Of a DNA stretch of 64,000 nucleotides, positions 17,594 to 26,710 are shown piece after piece. The number at the start of each line of letters is the position of its first letter. Positions within the stretch are counted from its first letter, which is position 1. The notes under the pieces were generated by a model. It was not told where the DNA came from. It did not search any database and worked only from the letters and a program-made list of their open reading frames with translations. The DNA lies in assembly GCA_034667225.1 (NCBI GenBank), contig JAXDKG010000058.1, positions 131,452 through 195,451 on the forward strand, in the 5' to 3' direction. Source of the stretch: Acidobacteriota bacterium. GTDB lineage: Bacteria > Acidobacteriota > Thermoanaerobaculia > Multivoradales > UBA5704. The position numbers and the translations under genes were made by a program.

Positions 17594-18927
17594 GGGAAGC
17601 CCGTGGCCGTACCACTCAGCTTGTAGATCCTGCCTCTCTTCATGACGAAGGCGACGTGCTCCGTGGCGGTGATGTCGGCGAGGGGATCTCCCGGCACGGC
17701 CACGATGTCCGCCTCCTTGCCGGCTTCCAGGGTGCCGGTCAGCCGCGAGATCCCCAACAGGTCGGCAGCCGAGGCGGTGCCGGCCCGCAGGGCGGCGGCC
17801 GGGGTCATGCCGTGGTCCACCATGAGCTTGAACTCGCGCGCGTTGACGCCGTGCGGGCTCACCCCCGAATCGGTGCCGAAGGCGATCTTGATCCCCATCT
17901 TCACGGCCTTGCGGAACATGTCCGAGCGCTTCGACATGGCGGCCCGGCCCTTCTCGGCAATCTCCGGCGGGTAATGCCGCTCGGGCGCGGTTACATACTC
18001 GCCGGCGAGCAGGGTGGGGACCAGCCAGGTGCCGCGCTCCTTCATCATGCGCAGGGCTTCGTCGTCGAGGAAGGAGCCATGCTCGATGGAGTCGATGCCG
18101 GCGCGGATCGCGACCTTGGCCCCTTCGGCGCCATGGGCATGGGCCGCGGTCTTCTTGCGCAGCCGGTGCGCCTCTTCGACGATCGCGTTCATCTCGTCCT
18201 GGGTGAGCTGCGGGGTGTCCACCTCGTCGGTCAGCGACAGCACGCCGCCGGTGGCGCAGACCTTGATCACATCGGCGCCATACTTGACCTGGAACCGGAC
18301 TGCGTCGCGGAACTGGTCCGGACCGCTGGCGATGCCTTCCGCAATGCCCGACTCGGGGCCGAAGAGCTCATAGGGATAGCCGGTCGAGTCGCAATGCCCG
18401 CCCCGCGCGCCGAGGGAGTGGACCGCCACGAGCATCCGCGGCCCGGCAATGATCTCGTCCCGGGAGGTGTTGCGGAGGCCGACGTCGATCCAGTCTCCCG
18501 AGCCAAGATCGCGGATCGAGGTGAAGCCGGCCAGCAGAAGATTGCGCGCATAGGCCGTGGCCCGGATCGCCGTCTCGGCCATGGTCCGCCGCAGGCCGGC
18601 CACCTCTGCCGCGTTCCAGTCGTCCTCGGACTCGAATGAGACGTGGGTATGGGCGTCGATGAACCCAGGCAGCAGGGTGGCATCGCCGAGGTCGACGACC
18701 CGCGCCCCGGCGGGCACCTGCAGCCCGGAGCCCACGGCCTTGATCTTTCCTCCCTCGACGATCACCACGGCATCGCGGATCGTCGAGTCTCCCTTGCCGG
18801 AGAACAGCCGCGCCGCTTTCAGCGCGACGACCTCGGTTTTCGTAGCGGGTTCCTCGGCCAGCCCGAGAGCGGGCAGCGCGAGCACGGCCAGAGCCAGGAT
18901 GCGGAGCTTCATAGTGGGCCTCCCCAA
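17590..18927 (-). CDS. secreted amidohydrolase family protein
   Basis: Signal peptide, LPGFIDAHTHV, AAHAHGAEG, FGTDSGV. Confidence 0.85.
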   Translation of the reverse strand: MGRPTMKLRILALAVLALPALGLAEEPATKTEVVALKAARLFSGKGDSTIRDAVVIVEGGKIKAVGSGLQVPAGARVVDLGDATLLPGFIDAHTHVSFESEDDWNAAEVAGLRRTMAETAIRATAYARNLLLAGFTSIRDLGSGDWIDVGLRNTSRDEIIAGPRMLVAVHSLGARGGHCDSTGYPYELFGPESGIAEGIASGPDQFRDAVRFQVKYGADVIKVCATGGVLSLTDEVDTPQLTQDEMNAIVEEAHRLRKKTAAHAHGAEGAKVAIRAGIDSIEHGSFLDDEALRMMKERGTWLVPTLLAGEYVTAPERHYPPEIAEKGRAAMSKRSDMFRKAVKMGIKIAFGTDSGVSPHGVNAREFKLMVDHGMTPAAALRAGTASAADLLGISRLTGTLEAGKEADIVAVPGDPLADITATEHVAFVMKRGRIYKLSGTATGFP

Positions 18928-18963
18928 AAGGAAGCTGCATCCTAACGGAAAGGGTCCCTTTCG

Positions 18964-20046
18964 TCAGGGCAGGGTGTCGGAGTTTTGCGACGTCTTCGCC
19001 GCGCCCTGGGTCTCCGGGAGGGTGTCGCCGCCGATCAGGAACCAGCCGGTGGCGATCACGGAGAGCATCAGCAGAAGGGTCACCGCCAGGAGCAGCAGGG
19101 CCCAGCGGCGATCGCGGCGATCGCCGTCCTCGGACTCCTCGGAGCGGGGACGCTGCGCGGACGGGAAGGGGGTCACGGCCGCGATTTCGGGGACGGCTTT
19201 CGGGCCGCGTACAGGAAGTGCCGACACCCCGCGTGCCCGCCCGGCTTGCCGCAGGGCCTCGGCCATCTCCGCCGCGGTCCGGTAGCGCGCCGCCGGGTCC
19301 GGGAACGTCGCCCGCGCCAGCACCTTGAGCAGCGGATCCCGGCCGTTCGTGCCCACCACCCCGCCGCCGCTCTTGAGACGGCTCGCGAACGTTAGACGGC
19401 GCAGCAGCGAGCCCACCGCGTAAAGATCGCTCTGCGGCGTAAACGGCTCGCCCGCGAGCTGCTCCGGCGCCAGCGCCGTGAGCGGATCGAACACGAGCTG
19501 CGTCAATCCGAAGCCGGTCAGTATCACCTGCCCATCGACCTGCCCATCGACCTGCCCTTCCTCCGTCACCAGCACCGAATCCTCCCCGACATGCCGGTGC
19601 AGCAGCCCCTCCGCGTGCGCCTCCGCCAGGATGTCCAGGATCTGGCAGCCCCAGTCGATGAGCTGCCCGCGGTCTGGCCGGGCCCCCTGCGCCAGCAGCT
19701 CGTGCAGGGTCTGCCCCTCCACCGCCTCGAAGGCGATGAGCAGCGAGCCTTCATGCTCGGTCACTTCGAAGAGGGCAGGCAGGCCGCGGTGGTAAATCCG
19801 CGTGAGAGCCGCCGTCTCTTCGAGAAGAATTTCCCAGGGGGTGATCTCCTGGCACAGGCCGGGACGGGACGGAGGAATCACCTTGAGGATGACCGTCCTG
19901 TCGCTCCTCGTGTCGAGCGCGAGGTATGCCATTCCGAACGGAGCCGGGCCAAGGTCTTCGAGCACATCGTAAGGCCCGATGTCCTGGCTGCCCGCGGGGA
20001 CCGACGTCGAGTGCATGGAGTGCATGGTCAGGGCTCGTTCGCTCAC
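18964..20046 (-). CDS. membrane-anchored Ser/Thr protein kinase-like protein, predicted pseudokinase
   Basis: Kinase fold markers are present (VILKV Lys, APE motif, DLYAVGSLL). However HRD-L-K-x-x-N reads HRHVGEDS and DFG reads GFG. A C-terminal TM helix WALLLLAVTLLLMLSVIATGWFLIGG is present. Confidence 0.7.
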   Translation of the reverse strand: MSERALTMHSMHSTSVPAGSQDIGPYDVLEDLGPAPFGMAYLALDTRSDRTVILKVIPPSRPGLCQEITPWEILLEETAALTRIYHRGLPALFEVTEHEGSLLIAFEAVEGQTLHELLAQGARPDRGQLIDWGCQILDILAEAHAEGLLHRHVGEDSVLVTEEGQVDGQVDGQVILTGFGLTQLVFDPLTALAPEQLAGEPFTPQSDLYAVGSLLRRLTFASRLKSGGGVVGTNGRDPLLKVLARATFPDPAARYRTAAEMAEALRQAGRARGVSALPVRGPKAVPEIAAVTPFPSAQRPRSEESEDGDRRDRRWALLLLAVTLLLMLSVIATGWFLIGGDTLPETQGAAKTSQNSDTLP

Positions 20047-20137
20047 GTTGGACGGTCGTGCAAGTTTCGTGCATGCTCGCGCCGTCGGCAGTCTTCATAA
20101 AGAGCAGTGCCGGGAAGACCGGAGAAGAGGACAGGAG

Positions 20138-20590
20138 ATGCGGATCGGAGTCATGTCGGACACGCACAACCTGCTGCGGCCCCGGGTGCTGGAGCTGCTC
20201 GCCGGCTGCGAGAGGATCCTCCACGCGGGGGACGTGGGCGGATTGGAGATCCTGGAGCGGTTGCGCCAGGTCGCTCCCGTGGCCGCCGTGCGGGGCAACA
20301 CGGATACGGGCCCGACCGCGGCGGAGCTGCCGCCGGCCCTGGCGGGCGATCTGGACGGCCTTCCTTTCCGCATGGTCCACAGCCGGGAGGAGATCGATCC
20401 GGCCTGGCCGAGGAAGCTGAGGCTGCTCGTCTTCGGCCACTCGCACCGGCCGGAGCTGGAGTGGCGCGGAGATTGCCTGCTCTTGAACCCCGGTGCGTGC
20501 GGACCGCGGCGCTTCCATCTGCCGCTGACGCTCGCTATCCTCACGGTGGCCGACAACCGCATCGTTCCGGAGATCCTGTCGGTCGAGTAG
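20138..20590 (+). CDS. metallophosphoesterase, YfcE-like
   Basis: MRIGVMSDTHN, HAGDVG, GNTD, FGHSHRP. RBS ggacaggag lies before ATG 20138. Confidence 0.85.
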   Translation: MRIGVMSDTHNLLRPRVLELLAGCERILHAGDVGGLEILERLRQVAPVAAVRGNTDTGPTAAELPPALAGDLDGLPFRMVHSREEIDPAWPRKLRLLVFGHSHRPELEWRGDCLLLNPGACGPRRFHLPLTLAILTVADNRIVPEILSVE

Positions 20591-20611
20591 CAAGCTCATT
20601 CCAGGGAGGGT

Positions 20612-21919
20612 TTGATGCGCCAACGACGCCTTGTTTCGCTGTGCCTCGCCGCCGGACTTGCCGCCGGTCTTGCCAATACCGGGCGCGTTTCCGCTGCCGG
20701 CTTCGGACTTTTCCAGCACGGCGGCCGCGCCCTGGGCCAGGCTGGGGCCTTCACCGCCCGCGCCTCGGAGCCCTCGGCCGTCTACTACAACCCCGCGGCC
20801 ATCACCCAGCTCGAAGGCTTCCAGGTCCAGGCGGGACTCGACTTGTCCAACTCCGAGGACAAGTACCAGAGCGCCACGGGCAGCTTCTCGGCCAGGCACA
20901 TCATCGAATTCCCGCCGGCCGTCTATGCCACGTGGAGCTCCAAGGACGGACCGTGGGCGGTCGGCATCGGGCTCGACTCTCCCTTCTGGTACCGCCTCGA
21001 CTGGGACCCGGTCTTCTTCCCGGCCCGCTTCAAGGCGCGAGTGTTCGAGCTGCGCGTGGCCGAGGTCCACCCCGTGCTCGCCTACGACCTGGGCGACGGC
21101 TGGAGCGTGGGCGGCGGCCTGCGCTACGTCTTCGGCAACCTGGAGCAGGGCAACAACCTGATCCTCACCGCCCTCGTGCCGGCCGCCCCCGGCGGTCCGG
21201 TGGTACCCATCCAACTGGAGGGCGAATTCAACTCCGGCGCCGACGTCGACGCGCTGGCCTGGGACCTCGCGGTCCACTACGCAGACCCGTCCTGGGGCTG
21301 GGGCGCGGTTTATCGGAGCAATGTCGAGCTGAAAGGGTCCGGCGACCTGGATTTCGAGATGCGCCCGATCGGCCACGCGGCCGCCGAGGCCCAGCTTCAG
21401 CAGCGCTTCGGCAGCGGACGGGCCCGCCAGGCCTTCGAGATCCCCCGCGAGCTGCGTGGCGGCGTCTGGTTCGCCCCCTACCCGGAGCTCCGCCTGGAGG
21501 TCGACGCGGCGTGGCAGAGCTGGTCGAGCCTGGAGGCGACCGCCGTCACCTATACATTCTCCTCCCCCACCGACAGCCGTGTCGTCCTGACGCCGCGCGA
21601 CTGGGACGATACGCTCTCGTTGCGCCTGGGGGCGGAGGGCAACATCACGGACCCTCTAATGATCTACGGCGGCGTCGCCTGGGAGCCCTCGCCCGTGTCA
21701 GGGAACACGGTCGAGCCCGGCTTCTCCCGCGGCGACGCCCTGGTCTATGCCGCTGGCATCAGCTACAGCCTGCCGAACATCTCGTTCGACCTCGGCTACT
21801 CGTTCCACGACCACGACCGGCAGGGAGCCTCCGCTCAGGAACTGCTGAACCCGGGCGTGAACGGAAGCTACAACTCGAGCTCGCAGGTCTGGGGATTCTC
21901 GATCCGCAGACGCTGGTAG
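20612..21919 (+). CDS. outer-membrane transport protein, OMPP1/FadL/TodX family
   Basis: Signal peptide, then AAGFGLFQHGGRALGQAGAFTARASEPSAVYYNPAAI (FadL-family N-terminal hatch motif). Beta-barrel-like alternating pattern with a C-terminal aromatic residue. Confidence 0.8.
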   Translation: MMRQRRLVSLCLAAGLAAGLANTGRVSAAGFGLFQHGGRALGQAGAFTARASEPSAVYYNPAAITQLEGFQVQAGLDLSNSEDKYQSATGSFSARHIIEFPPAVYATWSSKDGPWAVGIGLDSPFWYRLDWDPVFFPARFKARVFELRVAEVHPVLAYDLGDGWSVGGGLRYVFGNLEQGNNLILTALVPAAPGGPVVPIQLEGEFNSGADVDALAWDLAVHYADPSWGWGAVYRSNVELKGSGDLDFEMRPIGHAAAEAQLQQRFGSGRARQAFEIPRELRGGVWFAPYPELRLEVDAAWQSWSSLEATAVTYTFSSPTDSRVVLTPRDWDDTLSLRLGAEGNITDPLMIYGGVAWEPSPVSGNTVEPGFSRGDALVYAAGISYSLPNISFDLGYSFHDHDRQGASAQELLNPGVNGSYNSSSQVWGFSIRRRW

Positions 21920-21924
21920 GCGCT

Positions 21925-21975
21925 CTCCGCTCCCTCTCCCCCGGCACGGGGGAGTGGGCTGGGGTGTGGGGGCAT
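21925..21975. repeat. GC-rich palindromic repeat (family B-like), intergenic copy between convergent genes; possible bidirectional terminator
   Basis: CTCCCCCG-gca-CGGGGGAG hairpin (21936-21954) flanked by C-rich and G-rich arms. It resembles the CCCTCCCCCGCTGCGCGGGAGAGGGAG elements found inside the NRPS genes. Confidence 0.5.
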
Positions 21976-21979
21976 GGGA

Positions 21980-23995
21980 TCAAACCGGCGCCAGCTCCGG
22001 CTGGCGCTCGGCCGCCATCCTCGTGAACATCCCCGGCTCGTAGGCCGTGATCTTTCCCATGAAGGCCGAGGCCGCCACGGTCAGCGGCGAGGCGAGCCAG
22101 AGCTTGCCCGGGCCGGAGCGTCCCTTGTAGTTGCGGTTGATCGCGCTCACGGTCACCTGGTCCGTGTCGTCCGACACACCCGGACCGCAGCCGATGCAGG
22201 CTCCGCAGCCGGGATGGATCAGCGTCACGCCCGCTCTCTCGAAGGTGTCGGCGAGGCCATTGCGGCGCACGAAGTCCTCGACCGCCATCGAGCCGCACTG
22301 GATCAGGAACTTCACGCCGGGGGCGACCTCGAACCCGGCGTCGAGCGCCTCCTTCACCACCTGGTGATAGAAGACCAGGTCGTCGATCTTGCCCGCCGTG
22401 CAGCTCCCGCCATAGGCGATGTCGATCGGTACGTCGCCGATCTCGTCGATCCAGGCGCCGTTCGTCGGATCGGATGGGATGCCCTGGTCGGGATCGCCCG
22501 GGTGCGCCACCATCGGCCTGATCTCGGAGAGGTCGATCTCGTACACGCCGCCGGCGTACTCCGCTCCCTCGTCAGGGAAGACCGCCCGGGCGCGGAGCGC
22601 TTCGACGTCGATCCCCGGCCGCCACTCGGCCAGCCAGCGGAAGGTCTCGTCGTCCGCGATCACGATCGCGGTGCGGGCCGAGCACTCGGTGGCCATGTTC
22701 GTCAGGGTGGCGCGCTCGTCCATGGAGAGCGTCGCGACGCCCGGGCCGGTGAACTCCATCACCCGGTTGAGCGTGAATTGCGGCCGGGCATGGTTCAAGA
22801 GGATGTAGAGCATCAGGTCCTTGGCCGTGACCCCCGAGCCGAGCTTGCCCTTCAGCTCGAAGCGGATCGATTCCGGCACTTCCACCTGGGTAAATCCCTG
22901 GTGGACCAGGTCGGCGTACTCGGTGGCGCCCACACCCCAGGTGAGGGCATTGTTGACCCCGCCCATGCAGGTGTGGCTGTCCGTGGCCTGGATGAAATCG
23001 CCCGGATCGATCAGGTACTCGCGTGCCACCTCGTGGCAGATGCCGGGCGAGATGCGATCTTTGGCCGAAAAGTCGCGCACGCCGGTGTGGACCTGGAACT
23101 CGCGCTGCAGCTCGCGCAGGGTCTCGATCTTGTCGAGGAACGGCCGCATCTTCGGCACCTCGTCGGCGTAGACCAGGTGGTCCTCGAAGACCGCGAACTT
23201 GCCCGGGTTCTTGACGGTGTAGTCCTTGCCGTACTCCTGCTCCAGGAAGTAGTGGACTTGGGCGGTGGTGAACTCGTGCGAGTAGCCGCCGTCGACACCC
23301 ACGACCACCGCGTCGCCCGGCTTCACGTACTTGTGACCTTCTCCGAGCATGTGTTTGGCGAGGATCTTCTCGGCCATGGTCATGGGGCGGGGCCCGGTGT
23401 CCGGGCGCGGCATCTCGATCTCGCCCGCGGTGATGGCTTTCGAGAACGGGAACAGGCCGCCCTGCAGGATCACGAGCCTGGTGATCGGGTCGTACCCTCG
23501 GGTGAACTCCTCCAGGGGAATGCCCTCGTTCGCTTGGAGGCGCCGGATCTGGTCGTGGTCGCCCATGAGCACGCCCTGGTTGATGTTGTTGCGGGCGTGA
23601 ATCGGCGCGAAGGAGGCGGCGATGGCGAGCCGGATGCCGGACCATTTCTCCGCCTGCACCGCGGTTTCGCGGGAGCTGCCCACTCCCTTGCGGTAGCCGG
23701 AGACGATCACCTCAAAGTTGCCGTTGATCAGGGCATCGCGCTCGAAAAGGCGCTTGCCGTCCACGATCAGGCCGGCATAGGCGTCGCGGGCCAGGTCCTC
23801 GGGCCGGTGGCTGAAGCAGACCCAGGCCGGGGTCATGGCGTCGGTATTGATGTCGTCGAGCAGGTCCTCGACGGTCAGGTCTTCCATGCGGAGGTCCAGC
23901 TCGCCCGCAAGCTGGCGGCGGATCAGGTCGGGGTCCTTGGTCAGGAAGAGGACCCGCTTGCCGGGGGTCAGACGGATGATCTCGGGGGGTTTCAT
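21980..23995 (-). CDS. aconitase/3-isopropylmalate dehydratase family protein with N-terminal swivel (LeuD-like) domain
   Basis: N-terminal GYRKGVGSSRETAVQAEKWSGIRLAIAASFAPIHARNNINQGVL (LeuD-like GSSRE). It is followed by a large-subunit-like region with Cys ligand motifs (DSHTCMGG, GGSCTAGK, GCGACIGCGPG). Confidence 0.8.
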   Translation of the reverse strand: MKPPEIIRLTPGKRVLFLTKDPDLIRRQLAGELDLRMEDLTVEDLLDDINTDAMTPAWVCFSHRPEDLARDAYAGLIVDGKRLFERDALINGNFEVIVSGYRKGVGSSRETAVQAEKWSGIRLAIAASFAPIHARNNINQGVLMGDHDQIRRLQANEGIPLEEFTRGYDPITRLVILQGGLFPFSKAITAGEIEMPRPDTGPRPMTMAEKILAKHMLGEGHKYVKPGDAVVVGVDGGYSHEFTTAQVHYFLEQEYGKDYTVKNPGKFAVFEDHLVYADEVPKMRPFLDKIETLRELQREFQVHTGVRDFSAKDRISPGICHEVAREYLIDPGDFIQATDSHTCMGGVNNALTWGVGATEYADLVHQGFTQVEVPESIRFELKGKLGSGVTAKDLMLYILLNHARPQFTLNRVMEFTGPGVATLSMDERATLTNMATECSARTAIVIADDETFRWLAEWRPGIDVEALRARAVFPDEGAEYAGGVYEIDLSEIRPMVAHPGDPDQGIPSDPTNGAWIDEIGDVPIDIAYGGSCTAGKIDDLVFYHQVVKEALDAGFEVAPGVKFLIQCGSMAVEDFVRRNGLADTFERAGVTLIHPGCGACIGCGPGVSDDTDQVTVSAINRNYKGRSGPGKLWLASPLTVAASAFMGKITAYEPGMFTRMAAERQPELAPV

Positions 23996-24052
23996 CCTCG
24001 TTCACGCTCCTCTCGTCCGGCACATTGTAACCTCTGATATATAAGGCCGGCC

Positions 24053-25579
24053 ATGGAGGAACAACCCGGAAGCCTGTATGAAAAAGTCCTCCGTCACCAG
24101 GGGGAGACGCCGGTGCGCGCCTCGGCGGCGGTAATCCCATGGCGACGGCGAGGGGAAGGAATCGAGGTTTATTGGGTCCGGCGCGCCGAGACCCTGGCGT
24201 TCATGGGGGGCTGGCACGCCTTTCCCGGCGGCGGGCTCTCCAGGTCGGATGCCGCCATCCCCGTGACCGGCGAGCCCTCGGGCCTGGGCGAGCTGCCGCC
24301 CGCGGCCGGGTTCCCCGAGTCGCTGGTCGACGAGCCCGGGCCGGACATCATCCCCGGGCTGGTCGCCTGCGCGATCCGCGAGCTCCACGAGGAGACCGGT
24401 ATCCTTCTGGAGGATGCCTCGCGCCTGGTCTGGGCCGGCCGCTGGCTGACGCCCCCCTTCGCGCCGATGCGCTTCGACAACCGCTTCTTCCTCCTGGAAT
24501 GGCCGGAGAGCGAGCCGGTCCAGCCCTCGGTCACCCCCGGGGAGCTGGCCGAGGGCGAGTGGATCGATCCGCTGGCGGCGTGGGAGGCTTGGCGGAGCGG
24601 CGCGGTTCTCACCGCTCCGCCGATCCTCCACATCCTGGATGTCCTCGCTCACGATGGTCCGGATCGGGGGCTCGGACGGCTGCGCAACCCCGAGGAGACC
24701 AACCTCGGCCCGTTCCGGCGCATCGAGATGCGCCCCGGGATCCTGATGTTCCCGCTCGCCACCCACACCCTGCCGCCCGCCTCGACCACGAACTGCTATC
24801 TCCTGGGGAACGGAGAGGCAGTGCTGGTCGATCCGGGCTCGCCGATCGACGCGGAGAACGAGCGGCTGGAGCGCGCCCTCGCCGTCGCCCGCGAGCGGCT
24901 CGGCCGGCGGGTCACGGCGATCTGGCTCACCCACCACCACCCGGATCACATCGGCGGGGTCGAGCGGCTGCGGCGCTCCCTCGGCGTGCCCGTTCTGGCC
25001 CATCCCGCTACGGCCGAGCGGCTCGCCGGCCGGGGCATCAAGATCGACGGCGAGCTTCAGGACAAGCAGCGGATCGAGCTGGCCGGGGACCCGCCGATGA
25101 CGATCCTGGTGCTCCACACCCCCGGCCATGCCCGCGGACACCTTTGCTTCCTGGAGGAGGACCAGCGGGCAACGCTGGTGGGCGACCTCGTCGCGGGGCT
25201 CGGCACGATCGTGATCGATCCCCCTGAAGGGGACATGGACGATTACATCGCCTCGCTGGCGCGGCTCGCCGTGATGCACCCGGGCACCCTCTTTCCCGCC
25301 CACGGCCCCGCCATCCTGAACGGCCGCGGCAAGCTGCGGGAGTATGTGGACCACCGGCTGGCGAGAGAAGCCAAGGTGCTGGCGGCCTGGAACGAGGGCT
25401 TGCACGAGCCTTCCGAGATGCTCCCCAAGGTCTATGAGGACACGCCGCGCCCGGCCTGGCCCCTGGCCGAGCGGCAGATCCTCGCCCACCTGGACCGCCT
25501 GCGCCGCACCGGGCGTCTCGGCGAATGGCCGGCCGATCTGCCGGACATGCCGGATGAGGAGCAGGAGCCCAACGCATGA
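24053..25579 (+). CDS. NUDIX hydrolase - MBL-fold metallo-hydrolase fusion protein
   Basis: The N-terminus has the Nudix helix AIRELHEETGILL preceded by GGWHAFPGGG. The C-terminal half has WLTHHHPDHIGG (HxHxDH) and HTPGHARGH. Confidence 0.75.
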   Translation: MEEQPGSLYEKVLRHQGETPVRASAAVIPWRRRGEGIEVYWVRRAETLAFMGGWHAFPGGGLSRSDAAIPVTGEPSGLGELPPAAGFPESLVDEPGPDIIPGLVACAIRELHEETGILLEDASRLVWAGRWLTPPFAPMRFDNRFFLLEWPESEPVQPSVTPGELAEGEWIDPLAAWEAWRSGAVLTAPPILHILDVLAHDGPDRGLGRLRNPEETNLGPFRRIEMRPGILMFPLATHTLPPASTTNCYLLGNGEAVLVDPGSPIDAENERLERALAVARERLGRRVTAIWLTHHHPDHIGGVERLRRSLGVPVLAHPATAERLAGRGIKIDGELQDKQRIELAGDPPMTILVLHTPGHARGHLCFLEEDQRATLVGDLVAGLGTIVIDPPEGDMDDYIASLARLAVMHPGTLFPAHGPAILNGRGKLREYVDHRLAREAKVLAAWNEGLHEPSEMLPKVYEDTPRPAWPLAERQILAHLDRLRRTGRLGEWPADLPDMPDEEQEPNA

Positions 25580-25822
25580 AAGACCCCGACTGGTTCATCC
25601 GTCCCCTCTTCCCGCCGACGAAGCGCCTCCCTCCGCCGGCACTATCTCGCGGAGCCGTACCTCCCCGAGCCATATCTCGCCCAGCCGTAAGCTCCGACCG
25701 GCCTCCGCCGCCGACCCTTCGTCGTTCCGGCGCAGGGAGACGTCCTCCCCAGAGGCCGCCCCTCCCCCGCCGGTCGGGCCTGAAGTCGCCGTTTCACCCT
25801 TGAGACAGGAGACACCGACCTG

Positions 25823-26692
25823 ATGTCCCGACGCTCCCTGCTCGCATTGATCTTCCTGCTGCCCACGCTCGCCGCCGGGCAGGCCGATCCCATGTCGCGC
25901 TCCTGGAACCAGCCAGTCGAGCCGTTCCGGATCGCGGGCAATCTCTACTACGTGGGAGCGAGCGACATCGCCTCTTACCTGATAGCGACGCCCGAGGGGC
26001 ACATCCTCCTCGACGGCGGGTTCGTGGAGACCGTGCCCCTGATCCGCGAGAGCGTGAAGAAGCTCGGGTTCAAGATCGAGGACGTGAAGATCCTCTTGAA
26101 CACCCATGCCCATTACGATCACGCCGCCGGCCTTGCCGAGTTAAAGCAGCTCACCGGCGCCAGGCTCCATGCCAGCGAGGCGGACGCGCCCGCGCTCTCC
26201 CGCGGGGGCAAGGACGATCCGGTCCTCGGCAACCAGGCCCTCTTCCCCCCGGTCCAGGCGGACCGGCTCCTCAAGGACGGCGACACCGTCACCCTCGGCG
26301 GCTCCACCCTGACCGCGCATTTGACTCCGGGCCACACCGCGGGCTGCACCACCTGGACCATGAAGGTTGAAGGCCTGAATGCCGTGATCGTCTGCAGCAC
26401 CAGCGTCCTGCCCACGATGAAGCTCGGCGCGGAGCCGAGCTATCCCGGGATTGCCGACGACTACGCCCGTACCTTCCGTACTCTGCGCGCGCTCCCCTGC
26501 GATCTCTTTCTGGCCGCGCACGGCTCTTTCTACAACCTCAAGGAAAAGGCGGAGCGCCTGAAGAAAGCCAAGGGCGAGAATCCGTTCGTCGATCCCGAGG
26601 GCTACCGCAGCTACCTCGACAGGAACGAAAAGGTCTTCCGGGAGCGTCTCGAGAAGGACCGGAACGCTTCCGCCCCGCCCAAAAACCCGTAG
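25823..26692 (+). CDS. subclass B3 metallo-beta-lactamase-like protein
   Basis: Signal peptide. FRIAGNLYYVG, LLNTHAHYDHAAG (HxHxDH), LTPGHTAGC, LAAHGSF. The pattern and length are typical of B3 MBLs. Confidence 0.8.
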   Translation: MSRRSLLALIFLLPTLAAGQADPMSRSWNQPVEPFRIAGNLYYVGASDIASYLIATPEGHILLDGGFVETVPLIRESVKKLGFKIEDVKILLNTHAHYDHAAGLAELKQLTGARLHASEADAPALSRGGKDDPVLGNQALFPPVQADRLLKDGDTVTLGGSTLTAHLTPGHTAGCTTWTMKVEGLNAVIVCSTSVLPTMKLGAEPSYPGIADDYARTFRTLRALPCDLFLAAHGSFYNLKEKAERLKKAKGENPFVDPEGYRSYLDRNEKVFRERLEKDRNASAPPKNP

Positions 26693-26710
26693 GACCGTCC
26701 AAAACCCTGA

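Noticed and set aside
19528-19557. 12-bp tandem repeat CTGCCCATCGAC x2.5 as a possible contingency (phase-variation) locus.
   Set aside because: The unit length is a multiple of three, so copy-number changes stay in frame. With only 2.5 copies it is a minor in-frame duplication (GQVDGQVDGQV) within the pseudokinase.
25580-25822. 75-aa ORF (25576..25803) and short CCGTA/GAGCC-type repeats in the gap upstream of the B3 MBL gene.
   Set aside because: The translation is Pro/Arg-rich low complexity without a start context. The repeats are short and imperfect. It is most likely plain promoter or leader DNA.
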